Below are positions 42,157 to 53,756 of a DNA stretch of 64,000 nt, piece after piece. How positions within the stretch are numbered: position 1 is the first letter of the stretch; every line of letters begins with the position of its first letter. The notes under the pieces are model-generated. The model did no database searches. It worked only from the letters and a program-made list of their open reading frames with translations, and had not been told where the DNA came from. The DNA comes from Corallochytrium limacisporum Hawaii (Eukaryota > Protista > Pluriformea), in the NCBI GenBank assembly GCA_002811645.1, contig PDIP01000003.1, forward strand, positions 372,001 to 436,000, written 5' to 3'. The translations under genes were made by a program, and so were the position numbers.

Positions 42157-44583
42157 TTACTCGCCACAGATGAAATGACGGGCCAACGGCACCATGAACG
42201 CAGCATCAATTCCGCTGCCACATCGCATGTACCAGTCCTTACCACGGCCAAGCAAATCTGCTGTAGACCGAGCGATTACAGTTGTGTACGAGGGCATGTC
42301 CTCAGTAGCCTGGGTCTCTGTGAGGTGGAATGTCATCTCACCAAGGTTCACCAAACGATGCGGCCGATCATACTGCGAGGGGACACGAGGATGGAGGACA
42401 CCGCGGCATACCAACAAATAGCTACCATCAGAGAGCGTCTTCCATGAGCGAATCATGGCCATACGAACAGGAAGCTGATCTGGAGCGGCGTTGTGACTCT
42501 TCATTACGATCTCGTAGTACTTGATTCCAGGGCAGAGCTCTTCAGAAAACTCATGAATGACATTACGGTCCCAGTCCTCACGAGGGAGCGCAATGATCTT
42601 CTTCATCTCCGAAAGGGTCTTCCCGCGGAAACGCACAACACTGATACCAGTAGGCCAGCGGCCTGCCTTCTTGGATTTGTTAGGGCTCACATCGACACCA
42701 ACACGGACACCATACTGAGTGTACGGGTGCCAGTTGTAGCTGTGCTTTCTGTCCTTGGTCATGATCTCTCTCTCGAAGGTTTCAGTAGCGTTGTTGATGA
42801 CCGCATTCAGTTGAGTTGGACCAGCTGTGTTGAGGTTGAGCTTCGTCTTCACATCAGTCTCATGCTCGTTGATCTTCAACGACAGCATGTTGGGTGCGGA
42901 CAAGAAATCTTCCGGAGTCATGAAAGCTTCATGTGCATGGTCGATCAAGAATTTGATCACCTCAACATTGGCGGTTACAGTCTTGGCAATGGCTTCATGA
43001 TCACCATCTGACATCCTGGGAGTGATAGGGACGTCGGCATTGGAGTCACCGATGAGGTCCCTCAGGCTTTCTTTTGTCCTCTTCATTCGAGTACGGAACG
43101 ACTCCGTAATCTTTTTCCTCCTGCCTGAAGTCGACGAGCGTGAAACTTCGGTGTGATGGGGCATGTTGGCCAGTAACAATGGGCTCCAGCACACAGCAAG
43201 ATTGTAAGTGTCCATACGATTGTTGGGAGTTTCGGCTACGTGATGCAAGTGACACATGAGGATTTCGAGGGCATCACGAGATTCCTCGGGAATCATGAAG
43301 TTTAGACGCTGCATCATCTGCAGCTTGCTATAGATATCAGGCAGATTCATTGCCGCACGATACAGAGGACTGAGCTGCCGACTAATTAGGGGACGCTTCA
43401 TGTGCCGAACATAGGACTTCAAAGCACTAGCAACGTCGTGGACCATGACGGGGTCATCATCATCACTGCCGTCGATTTCCTCAAGGCTTTGTTTCACCTT
43501 CACGGTACCATCCAGGGTACCCTTCACACGATACAGTCCCTCTGCAGAAGCATTCTCAGCGACAAACTTGAGACGGGAGGTAATGCCAGGGGGGAACGGG
43601 CCGATGTCCGCTATGGGTGGGAACTGCAGTCCATATGCAACCGCCTGCTCCTCAGTCTGTACGTCTGTGACATCGGGAAGGTTTGTGTTGAGCATTTCCT
43701 TCAAGGACTTGCACGCAATGGGAATGGTGCCTTTTTGTGAGACCGTGAAGCGCCTCTTCTTTACGTCCACTTGGATCCCGTACTTTGCAAACATTGCCAC
43801 CATAGTCAAGCAACTGAGAGTGCGACCGAGGGCGAATTCCTTCATAGTCAAATTCCTGATGGCCTTTTGCTTGAGGGGGGTATCCAACCCACTCACCCGG
43901 CGTTCCAAGTGGAAAAAGCTCGATGAGTAGGGAGTGGACAACGTAGAGTTCACCCGAATGTAGATAGAAGTTCCTCCGTCTGTGGAATATTCCCAGTTGG
44001 GCGACAGAATCAATGGCTCCTGGAGCGGCCAGCGCTCAGTGCTAATCATGATGTGTTCAATTCTTTCCATTTCCGTGGGGTTATTTACTCTCCGTTCCCA
44101 CAAATATCCAAGGCTGCGGCGAACTTCTTGTAGGTCCCGGTCTGGCACCTGAGGGTGATCCTGCACAAAGTCATCGAATGTCCATTCTTTTCCATTCATT
44201 GCCATCCAGACATACTGAGGGAAGCCAGCTTCAATCAGAAAGACGATATGGCCATACACAAGGCTAAGCTCTGGGTGCAGGTCTCCAATGCAATTCCCAG
44301 TTAATGACGCCCAACTTGCTTCATGGCTTAAATCCCTGACAGATCTCTTTGAGTTTAAAACATCCGAAAAGCGATTTCCCTCTTTAGGTGAGTCCTTTGT
44401 ACGGTTTGCAATTGATAAATCCGGTAATGACCTGGCCTTTAGACCAGCCAAAGGCACCTGTAGATATTCCAGATCATGTGCAATAGAAGGGGGACTAGTT
44501 GAGCCATCTTCGTTATCTGTATCTGATGGGTTTCTGCGCAAGGCTGAAGGCAGCCTGGGGCCGTTGGGTGATATGACGTCCAT
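42157..44583 (-). CDS. DLC1/STARD13/STARD8-like SAM-RhoGAP-START protein
   Basis: FLIEAGFPQY (DLC SAM), EGLYRVKG arginine finger, DVASALKSY, NRMDTYNLAVCWSP, C-terminal START domain ending DLLGRGKDWY. Confidence 0.85.
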   Translation of the reverse strand: MDVISPNGPRLPSALRRNPSDTDNEDGSTSPPSIAHDLEYLQVPLAGLKARSLPDLSIANRTKDSPKEGNRFSDVLNSKRSVRDLSHEASWASLTGNCIGDLHPELSLVYGHIVFLIEAGFPQYVWMAMNGKEWTFDDFVQDHPQVPDRDLQEVRRSLGYLWERRVNNPTEMERIEHIMISTERWPLQEPLILSPNWEYSTDGGTSIYIRVNSTLSTPYSSSFFHLERRVSGLDTPLKQKAIRNLTMKEFALGRTLSCLTMVAMFAKYGIQVDVKKRRFTVSQKGTIPIACKSLKEMLNTNLPDVTDVQTEEQAVAYGLQFPPIADIGPFPPGITSRLKFVAENASAEGLYRVKGTLDGTVKVKQSLEEIDGSDDDDPVMVHDVASALKSYVRHMKRPLISRQLSPLYRAAMNLPDIYSKLQMMQRLNFMIPEESRDALEILMCHLHHVAETPNNRMDTYNLAVCWSPLLLANMPHHTEVSRSSTSGRRKKITESFRTRMKRTKESLRDLIGDSNADVPITPRMSDGDHEAIAKTVTANVEVIKFLIDHAHEAFMTPEDFLSAPNMLSLKINEHETDVKTKLNLNTAGPTQLNAVINNATETFEREIMTKDRKHSYNWHPYTQYGVRVGVDVSPNKSKKAGRWPTGISVVRFRGKTLSEMKKIIALPREDWDRNVIHEFSEELCPGIKYYEIVMKSHNAAPDQLPVRMAMIRSWKTLSDGSYLLVCRGVLHPRVPSQYDRPHRLVNLGEMTFHLTETQATEDMPSYTTVIARSTADLLGRGKDWYMRCGSGIDAAFMVPLARHFICGE

Positions 44584-47500
44584 GACGTGTTCTATTTACG
44601 TGGCACACATATTTTTCGTTTTCTGTGCTAAATGCAGTCCTTATGCTTTCAATAGCTATATTGGTCGTCGTTCTGAAGATCTGGTCATATAGCCAGCCAT
44701 ATTGGAAATGTTGGAATGTTTTCAATACCTTTCCGAACCGAGTGCCAATACTCTTGACTGTTGTCCTATGAATACAATTGTTCATCAAATGATAAGAAAC
44801 AGGTCCCAGTGGACAGGATAAATGATGTATCAACAACGGGACAGTGTTGCCCTGCCTCCTGCCAAGGGGTGTGTGATGCGCCACTGTTGTGTGCGAAGGC
44901 TTGCAAGACGAACCAATAAAAATTTCTCTTTTGGGGTGTGGTGGGCAGGGGAGCAGAGAGAGAGGGGGAGCAGAGAGAGAGAGAGAGACGAAAGAAGGAA
45001 GACGGGGAGGAGGGGGGAAGTGTTTGGGAAGAGGGGGGGGGGGACACCACCCCACTGTGTCACCCCCCGTTCGTCCGACGCGAGAGAGGACAGCGTTTCC
45101 AGCATCCGTTTTATCCAAACATGCAGTGAGTGCCCTATGTTCTCACCATACAGGTCGCGACTAGAAAATTTTCCTGACCATGTGCCCAGTTCACCCCCGT
45201 ATGCTTGCCTTTCCCTCCCAATGGCCTATGGCCGCATAAATCAAATAAAGCATTTTCGGAATGGATCGTTTCTCTCGATTTCCATTTCAAGACCCAATCC
45301 CTTCAACATCAGAACATCCCCCGCCTATGCGTACCTTCGTATTGGTAGCAGGAGCAGCTTCTCAGCAACGGACGTATGTCAACCCCCACCCCCATCCTCT
45401 CCCGTCTGGAACGGAGTGTGAAACCCTTCTCTGTCTCCTTTTCTCTCTCTCTCTCCCTCTCTCCCTCTCCCAGTCTCAGTCTGTGTCATTCCTTCTCTCT
45501 CGCTCTCACTATTCCATACATTCCAGTATCGAGACCGCAAGCGCTTTGGCAAAAATCGATTACTCAGAAACAAAAAAATGAATGCGGAAGCGTAGAAGCA
45601 AGAACCGCGACCATCCATTCAACCCACAGAGCCACGATATTAACTTTTGTTGCCGGAGACTGTTGATGGCAAAACTGGGTTGCGGAGCAGAGGTTTCAGA
45701 GACAAACCAAAAACGGCTACAGAGTAATACCTTACCCAGATAAAAGTTGATGACAGGGAGAAGCGGGGAGAGGGGACTGTTGTATAGGGTCCGACAGCAT
45801 AAGTGAACCGGTAATACGCCTATGCAGGAGTAAATTTGAGACACCGATGGGAGAGAAGGTACACACACCAAATTTCTCATTTTGGAATTGAACGCGCCTG
45901 AGATCCGCACAGAGACTTGCTGACCCGAATGGCAACGAAACAGACGCGAGAACGCGAGATGAAACAGACAGAGTTGAGTGTTATTCGTTTGAACCCTTCC
46001 AAAAAAACTTGATGGATTTGGATGAGGCGTACTCAAAAAAAAAAACAAAGGGCGAAAGTAAGCAAATCAGTCGAGCACATAAAGCCATCTTCTCCGCCAC
46101 ACACTCTGGAACTAATTTGCCTTCTTTTTTTTTGCAAACAAAAAACTCGAACTTGTTGAAAATATCTCTCGCCCTGGGAGTCAGACACTGATAGTTCGCC
46201 TCCCACTACCTGGTGCAGATAGCATGATAGAGAATGACTGGGAGTTTCTCTTCACTGAGAATGTGGCACAACTGCACAACGGAGTTCGTAAAAGGCAACT
46301 ATTGCGGTCTGATTCTCCCGAATTGTGGAGCACGAAAATATACTAGAGAATCGTATAGGGAACATTCACTATACAATTGTATGGCCATCGAGACTTCAAC
46401 ATTACTTCCCCAGTATCGGAGGGTGAGAGGATCCGTTTACAGTAAGTGTTAAGAAAGCTTCACATTAGTCTGCCGATACCTTACGCACATACCTAATGAA
46501 TCGGTTCTCCACGTCTCTCGATGTGAAAAGGGTTTCATGTTGTGCTGGCCAATTTCACTTTCCTGGTCAGCCTCATGCAGTCATCTTGATTAGGTATCAG
46601 GGCTCCCTTTAAAATTCCCCATTTGAACAATAAAAGCAAAAGGCAGGAGCATTCATCAGAACCCAGAGTACCAGTTATGCCACCGTTCGAATAGATAGAC
46701 AAACAAAGGTTAGCTAAATGAAAGTTCCAGTGCGTGTGGGCTCTCATGTTAGGTGCCGGCACAACGCGCACAAGAGCCCGGCCGGTTCATATGAGCAGGA
46801 TGGTCTCCACCCACGAGAGCCCGCAGACAGTCGTACAAAGCGCACATCCGCCGGAGTTTGTTACTGTAAGTTTCTGTTTTTGCTCTACTGCCCTGTTCCA
46901 CTTTTACACCTTGAGCTCAGGATCGTATTGTTGTGAGAGGCTCGGGGTTTCAAAGTAAGCCGTCACACCCTTGGGATTCACGATTGCAAGTGTACGGTTG
47001 AATGTTTTGGCGTCACTTTTCCAATTAGTTGGCCTCCATCCGGGGGCTGCTGTGGGTTTCTCATTCTTTGTGGTATTTTCAGCTCAATCACTGGTACAGT
47101 ATTTATAGTGAAGGAATGGCTTCGTAACTGCGTTGGTTTCTTGACGGCTGTGCCCTTCCCCATTGCTGCCGGCGTAAGAAGATCACAAGATTCATCCCAC
47201 TCCAGGCGACAATATGGGCTGTAACCGGCAAATTCGAGACAACACATACCCTTCGCGTTACAAGCTGACCATCAGGAGATTATACAAAATGTATGTTGGT
47301 AACACAACGTATACGTAATTTTGGGTGGCATGCCGGGCTGCCAACGCACCCAGTGGGCGTGGAGCACAGAGGGCTTGCCCCTCCGTCCCCGGGGATCGTC
47401 TCCCCCAGGACACGAGATTATAGACCCTAAGCCACCTTTCCGTCGGGCGGGAGACTAAGCCTCGCCTGCTGAGCTCGAAAGTTTGAAGTCGAGCGTCCCA

Positions 47501-50047
47501 CAAAGGTCTTGCCCCTGCTTTTCGTTTCGAATTCTTGTAAGAGTAATAGACGAGTTGGGGAGCCGGGCGGCATGGAAGAACTTGTTCTGAACGCAATCGA
47601 GTACACTCTGCACAACCCACCTGTGAGTTAGTCATCAATGCGAACCAGACAGTACCGAGCGAGATCGAAGAAGTGGATACGGACGGTTCTCCTTTTGGTC
47701 AATTTTTGGAGCTCCATGCGAGGAGGGTACCCTATATTTGTTGCCATCGATCCCAAGCTGGCTCTGCCGCAAGGCGGACAGTTTCATTATTGAGCATTGA
47801 TACTCTTCCGGCTGGATCCTCCCCGTCTACCACATGAGAGTTTATCCACACACACACACTGCCGAAGAGAAAATTCTCTTCTCGCTTCCACTCTGCGGTC
47901 TACATCTACAACCCCACATGTGTTGACGCATGAGCAGATACTAACACTGAGCGCAAGGACAGGGAATTTTCCTCCTTCGTTTGTGAAAGAAGGGACCCGG
48001 GTTCGGTTCCAGGGGGCCAGTGCACAGACGGAGGATCTTAGAACGGGAGACAAAAAGGGTCCCCGGTATACTATTCTGGACGCGTTACTGCCGTCGATAT
48101 GACTGGGACCACTAAAATCTGTCTCGTGTGGGAAAGGTAGAGATGGATCGAGAGCTATAATACCCGTCTTGGACTAATTGTTACGCTGCCTATCAATACA
48201 CCATGCAATCTGTTGGGGGGCGCCAATTCGACCCGCCCTGCCGATGTTCCATCCTAGTGGACGGCTGCAGGGGTGCCCGTCTCGCAGAGAATGGATAAGC
48301 ATATCCCATTTCCAGACCATGGGCAAATAGCAACTCACGGTCTACCAGTGGGGTCAGCTCACTTGACAGTTGGCTTATGCCTCTCTCCGCCCCCGTAGCG
48401 CGATGTAATCATGCAGTATGAACCTTCTCGTTATAGTGAAAGAGTCGCGATTCTACCTACCTGTTTCTGCTGCTGGGCAAGAAATGTCTCTTAAAGCCAA
48501 TTTCTTCCCGTATACCTACAAGGATGGTGATCAACGATATGCCACTCCTGTTCCTTGAGCTTTCTATTTTTTGAATTCCGATTACTCAGTAGTTAATGTA
48601 TTATTTACGAGCCAAAGTCTGGATGACATGTACACTTTTTGGATTGTGTGACGGGGCTCTCGCGACGGGCTCCCGTTTTTGCCTGTGCGACATTGCTCGG
48701 CGAAGAGAAAAGCCATCTTCCCAACATAAGAACTGTATAGAGCACCGGGTAGAACTTCGTCTGGCCTGATAAAGGGACGCAAAAAATCTCTTCATCCGCC
48801 AATTCACACCGCCCGGGTGGTTTGGGCGCGCATCGGTGAGTGTGAATTTGAACTTGTTAATGTACGGAAACAGCAGGCCAACTAGGACAGGAAGTCTGGG
48901 ATCCCAATATCAAACATCGCCTCATCTTCATCATCGTCATTTTGTCCTATCATCCTTCAAATCATCACCCACTGCTCGGTCAAAATTCCATGAGAGCATA
49001 CAACATTTAAACTCGCTCTCAAAGCTCAAAGGCTCTACATTCATTTCACTCCACCGCGGTGTGTCCCATACCTGCCTATGACGCATGGCCAGGCTAGGGC
49101 GAACAAATTTTGCCAGCTATCAAGCAGTCACTAATCACCATCAATGTTTACGGTTGTTCCCTATGTGACGGGCAGCCTGGTTAACCACAATCCGAATTCA
49201 CACCGCGACATGTTTACGAGGTAGTTGGACTTCCTATGTACGTCATGAAAGTTCTCCGGATGGATTGGCGTGTTTCAGTAGCTAATCTGTGAAACAATGT
49301 AGACCCGATTCCCCGGCCAACAAGTTCATCCACCCTGTGCTCTTTCCTTTTTCCTTTTTCCAGTTTTGCTCAAGTAGACTCTCACCCGTCTTGACAAATG
49401 AATTCATAGATGGTGAGTGACTCTTCTGTAGGTGGGGCGCTTCGAAACTTGCCCAATCAAGCACAAAAGACAGTTGTGTATCCTACTTGTTGACCAAGGG
49501 GCGACGAGCTCTTAGCATTGTGGTCGCAGCGGGTATTGTGGGGGGTGGGGGGGGGGTTGAGCGGTGGGGAACATTTTACGCTTTCTTTCGCTTTCCAGGG
49601 CGAGGGAGCTCACAGATACCAGTGCACTCTCTTGAAAACCTGCTGCGATCTCCTGGCTTCTGACGAATGCGCATGCCAACATGACCAAGGCACAAAAGCA
49701 TGATGAGCTAAGATGTATTAGAACCATTGTAAGGAGTACCAGAGAACTGCGGATGGCCAGTGGATGTTTGGGTAGGAGCCCTTGGATTCGACCAAGAGTG
49801 TTGGGACCCGAACATTGACGTCTACTCAGGCCCCGTGTCTCAGTGTGGGGGGAACAATATTGATTAAATATTGATTTTCACGCGAAGAAAAAGCCACTTC
49901 TGTGCACCAGGGCACTTAGCGTGTACCTTAGCCAGGACCAGCTGTGTGGGGCGCCTATTTAGTTTGCCAGTTCCGCACATGTATTCCGGTCTTGTTACTA
50001 GCCCAACTAGAGAATCAGTCTATGACATGTGAGTTTTCGGTACAGTA

Positions 50048-50545
50048 ATGCTAAGGGCGCCCGTTTCTTTCGGTACTCGGCTGCAGCTTCCGCTCACCTG
50101 TCGGAGATGTTTTCATATCAAGCCAAGTAGAAAGGTGTATCAGGCGACGTCAAATCGCCTGGATCGTGTGTTGGCCTTTGCTGCTAATGAGGGTAGAGAG
50201 AAAGTCACAACTGCAATCATAGCAGGCGATGCGACCATCAATTTCAACGTGTGCAACAAGCCCAAGCAGGCAGTGAAAGCTGGGGACATAGTTTCGATAC
50301 GAGCGGAGGAGATCGATCGCAATGTTACGGCATACATAGAGCATGTCGAGCAGACGAAAGAAGCCGACTCCAAACGACAAAAGAGAGCATCGTTTCAAAT
50401 TCCTGTAGTAAAGTATATCGGTCTATTCCTGTCCGAAACCCACGGTGATGGTATCGATGATCAGTCCCTCGTGGACAAAATCAAAGCTGGAGAAGCTATA
50501 GAAGTCACTCCAAAGCCGATACTCAGCCCTGGAGAAGAGCTCTAA
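50048..50545 (+). CDS. MTRES1: Mitochondrial S4-like RNA-binding protein (MTRES1/C6orf203-like)
   Basis: Presequence plus S4 fold SNRLDRVLA...REKVTTAIIAG...KQAVKAGDIVSI. Confidence 0.62.
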   Translation: MLRAPVSFGTRLQLPLTCRRCFHIKPSRKVYQATSNRLDRVLAFAANEGREKVTTAIIAGDATINFNVCNKPKQAVKAGDIVSIRAEEIDRNVTAYIEHVEQTKEADSKRQKRASFQIPVVKYIGLFLSETHGDGIDDQSLVDKIKAGEAIEVTPKPILSPGEEL

Positions 50546-50982
50546 TCTTCTTATCGTCCTTGCATTCTACAACATCAATTACAATTTTCTGCAAAATTAA
50601 AGAAAGAGAAATCAAATAGTACCTGTCAGTAAACACCTTCGTAAAAACGTCAAGAATCGCAAAATGTTTCGCGAACACAACTTACTTCCGGCAGTTTTGC
50701 AATACTAGGGAGACCCTTCAGGCCATATACGTGAGGTTGACGAAAAGGGTGACTAGTGTTGCCCATCCAGTTCTCGCGAGGGACTTCTACTTCAACAAAG
50801 GGGCGGTCTAGGGTACTTGCGAGCTCTCGCACCACAGGGCTGACCACGGCATCGGACTCCACGCAGTCGGGGCACCAACTCTTGCCATTCTTACGTTCAC
50901 CGATGAAGTAGACAAAGCTTTTTCCACCAGTACGGCCAAGATGCTCTTCGAGCTCACTTTCTTTGATTGTGTCTTTCGCCAT
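50523..50982 (-). CDS. TXNDC17: Thioredoxin domain-containing protein 17 (TRP14); 2 exons (50982-50686, 50588-50523)
   Basis: GKSWCPDC active site, HPFR. Intron 50589-50685 (GTAAGT..TACTGAC..TTTTGCAG) gives C-terminus KIVIDVVECKDDKKIRALLQG, which matches the family ending. Confidence 0.9.
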
Positions 50983-52183
50983 TTTGTCCCCAATCGTTCA
51001 GATCTCCGTTTCTTGTCACACGTTTGTTGGAACTGTGAGCGAAACCGACTGTAGTGTGCTGCCTAATGTAGCCACATTGACTACAACCACTGAAGCGTAT
51101 CATTCAAGCACAGCACGCAATACAGATTGGCGTTTGAAATGGAGTGTATACTCGCCTTTGTCTCCAGTAATAGTCTGGAGCTGAAAGCTGGGACATGGCT
51201 TCGTGCGGTCTACCCTACACAAACCTGCTGGTGCGGGATGCGCAACAGTACCCCTCCCTTAGACAAAACACACACACACACTCCCCACCAGGGGGAGGGG
51301 TACGTTCAGTTCAAAATTGAGAACCGCGGGGTATTGATGCATGACAACGGAGTTCCTGACGTAGCACTGGCAGAGTACTGCGCAGACTGGTGCGACCCAG
51401 CAGTCTATTTCGTATTGGGAACCGCATCAAGGAGGGTCTCAATCGCCTTGACTATATCAGGGGGCCTCAATAAGCTCTGTATGTGTGACACTTTCATCAT
51501 GTTGCACACAAAGTCTTGAATGCTGATCGATGATCAACCCGTTAACTATCGCATGTTGCTCAGTCCTGCTGCTCAGCGAAATTCAACATCACCAACAGTC
51601 GAGCACGCGCCTTGCCGACACGTAATCAAGTCTAATCAAATGGCTCTGCATGCACCATGCGATTTCACATATCCCACGCAAGGAATAGAGTTAGCAGCAG
51701 CAACCGCTGTGTAACATACTCCCCTAGCGGTCGCTCGGTGTGCCCGTCCCTACTCACTCAACACTTTCCCTCTCTAGCGCTCCGAAAAGGGTCTAGGAGA
51801 CTCTTGGAAGACTCAGGAGTCCGAGGCTTCCAGCGTTGCTAGCGTTCGACGAACGGGTTCACACCTCCTTGGCTTCCTGGCCTGTTTCGTCCCCAGTGGA
51901 CGGGGGGAACCGGCTATTTGAAATTTTCCCGTCCCACCCCACCAGTTTTGGCCGTCACTAATCAATATATCATGTCTTCGCCTGGTCCGTGTGCCAGGTG
52001 TGGTGCTGTTGGCTGCGGGGGGCGATGTTCCATATCATGAGGACTCCTTCTAAAGGTTGTTGAGGGACGGCATTCAGGGCACGCTTACAACCCATCCACT
52101 CAAAAGTCAAAGAATGCGCAGCATGTTGATGGAAGACGGTAATGAGGAAGCTGTGAACACTTGAAACGGATTATTCGGGAAAG

Positions 52184-52789
52184 ATGATGAAATATACAGA
52201 ACGTGAGCCAAAGAAGCTCTCTAAGGCCGAAAAGCGGAGACTGAAGAAAGAAGCAGAGGCGAAGGCCCTTGAAGAAGAAAAGGAACAGATTCGTGAAGCG
52301 GGTGCAGCCGCTGGCCCTGACCATAGAGAGTTAGAAGCCAAGGGAATCCGGGAACAGCTGGCAAAGGAATCACTTGCCATAAAGGACATAGTGCCCGATG
52401 GTGACTGTATGTACTCAGCCATTGCTGATCAGCTAAAGCTGGTAGGTCTTCCTGAGCGAACAGCTGAAGAATTGCGTTCAGATTGTGTCAAGGAACTCCT
52501 CACCCGCAAGAATGAGTATATGCCGTTTATGCTGAAGGAAAACGGCGACGTGATGGACGACGAGGGCTACGGAGAGTATTGTCAGAGGGTACAGGGCACT
52601 AAACAATGGGGTGGTGATGTTGAATTGAAGGCACTAAGCAAGCATTTTCGTGTGAAGATTGAGGTCTATCAGTATGGCGGACCCAAGTACACCATTGGAG
52701 ATGGAGCAGAGGCACTCAAACTTGCATACCACAAGCACGAGTACAGTCTTGGAGCACACTACAACTCCGTAGTGCCGGCTTCGTTATAG
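52184..52789 (+). CDS. OTUD6B: OTU deubiquitinase OTUD6B/Otu2-like, N-terminally short
   Basis: SKAEKRR, IVPDGDCMYSAIADQL (catalytic Cys), WGGDVELKALS, YHKHEYSLGAHYNSV. Confidence 0.92.
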   Translation: MMKYTEREPKKLSKAEKRRLKKEAEAKALEEEKEQIREAGAAAGPDHRELEAKGIREQLAKESLAIKDIVPDGDCMYSAIADQLKLVGLPERTAEELRSDCVKELLTRKNEYMPFMLKENGDVMDDEGYGEYCQRVQGTKQWGGDVELKALSKHFRVKIEVYQYGGPKYTIGDGAEALKLAYHKHEYSLGAHYNSVVPASL

Positions 52790-52832
52790 TTGACATAGCA
52801 AATTTATGTAACATAACACACTAAATGTACTT

Positions 52833-53756
52833 CTAGATATTGATAAGAATATCCTTTCTCTGCCCATAAGGCATGTCGCCGTCCATTTGATTCCGTCGGA
52901 CCATTTCGGCCTCCAGTACCGAAATATGGTCTTTCAACTTCTGTGAAAGGATACGTGATTCTGCGAGGATCTCCGCTGCCCTATGAATTTTGATGGCCCG
53001 CATTCGTTCAACGCATTTTTGAAGCAGATTCACACTCTCATCAGTGCTGCGTAGCAGGAGCATCTTTTCATGGGTCTGCGCAATAGAACGACCGAGTTGT
53101 AACTTGGCCTCTGGTCTCAAGTCTCTGTGCTCTTGGGCATCCGTGGTCCAATTTTCGACTTGCTCCCGGCAAAGATCGCTGACAAGATTCAAAGTCTGAT
53201 AGAAGCGTGCATTGAGCCCATCGTCGGCTAATTGGATTGGCTTCATTTCCCCAGTCACCTTCTGCTTCAAGATATCCCTGCTCTCTGTTAAGGCGCTGTC
53301 CATTGAGACCATTTCTCTAACACGATCTGTCGCCTTCTTGATATCTGGCGGTAACAGTGAGCAAGTGCCTGGCATTTCTGCTTGAAGTGTCTTATGGGCA
53401 TCTGCAGTCTGTTTCAGCATTTCAAGATGTGCTTGTATACTGTATGACCAGCCAAGTCCCCGATTGGCGATGAGAACGTCACATAGCAGATTGCAAACTC
53501 CCACATCCCCATCTGGATAGTGGTCGATGTTGATGCCGCACAACTGCAAAACGTCAACATAGCCCCCTTGAGTTTCCAGTGCTGGTAAGTAGGATTCAAA
53601 GGTGCATCCATAATTTTCCAGCAGCTCCCGAGCCAGCCAATTGAGCACATCCTTCTTTACCGTCTTAGTCTGCAACAGATCGTAGTCCTCCTCCACTCCA
53701 TGGGTATCTAGCAGAGGACAGTCCAGTTCTTCCAATTTGCAGTACAGTTCCTCCAT
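52833..53756 (-). CDS. HAUS7: HAUS augmin-like complex subunit 7-like
   Basis: ELYCKLEELDCPLL...DVLNWL resembles HAUS7 EVFGKLKDLNCPFL...EILEWM. CSLLPPDI motif, coiled-coil C-terminus. Confidence 0.6.
   Translation of the reverse strand: MEELYCKLEELDCPLLDTHGVEEDYDLLQTKTVKKDVLNWLARELLENYGCTFESYLPALETQGGYVDVLQLCGINIDHYPDGDVGVCNLLCDVLIANRGLGWSYSIQAHLEMLKQTADAHKTLQAEMPGTCSLLPPDIKKATDRVREMVSMDSALTESRDILKQKVTGEMKPIQLADDGLNARFYQTLNLVSDLCREQVENWTTDAQEHRDLRPEAKLQLGRSIAQTHEKMLLLRSTDESVNLLQKCVERMRAIKIHRAAEILAESRILSQKLKDHISVLEAEMVRRNQMDGDMPYGQRKDILINI

Noticed and set aside
47690-47730. Sm-site-like AATTTTTGGAG with a small hairpin (snRNA?)
   Set aside because: No U1/U2/U4/U5/U11/U12 signature sequence upstream.
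49775-49850. tRNA-like T-arm (cttggtcgaatccaag on the minus strand)
   Set aside because: The loop is one base short, and no D-arm, anticodon arm or acceptor stem can be built.
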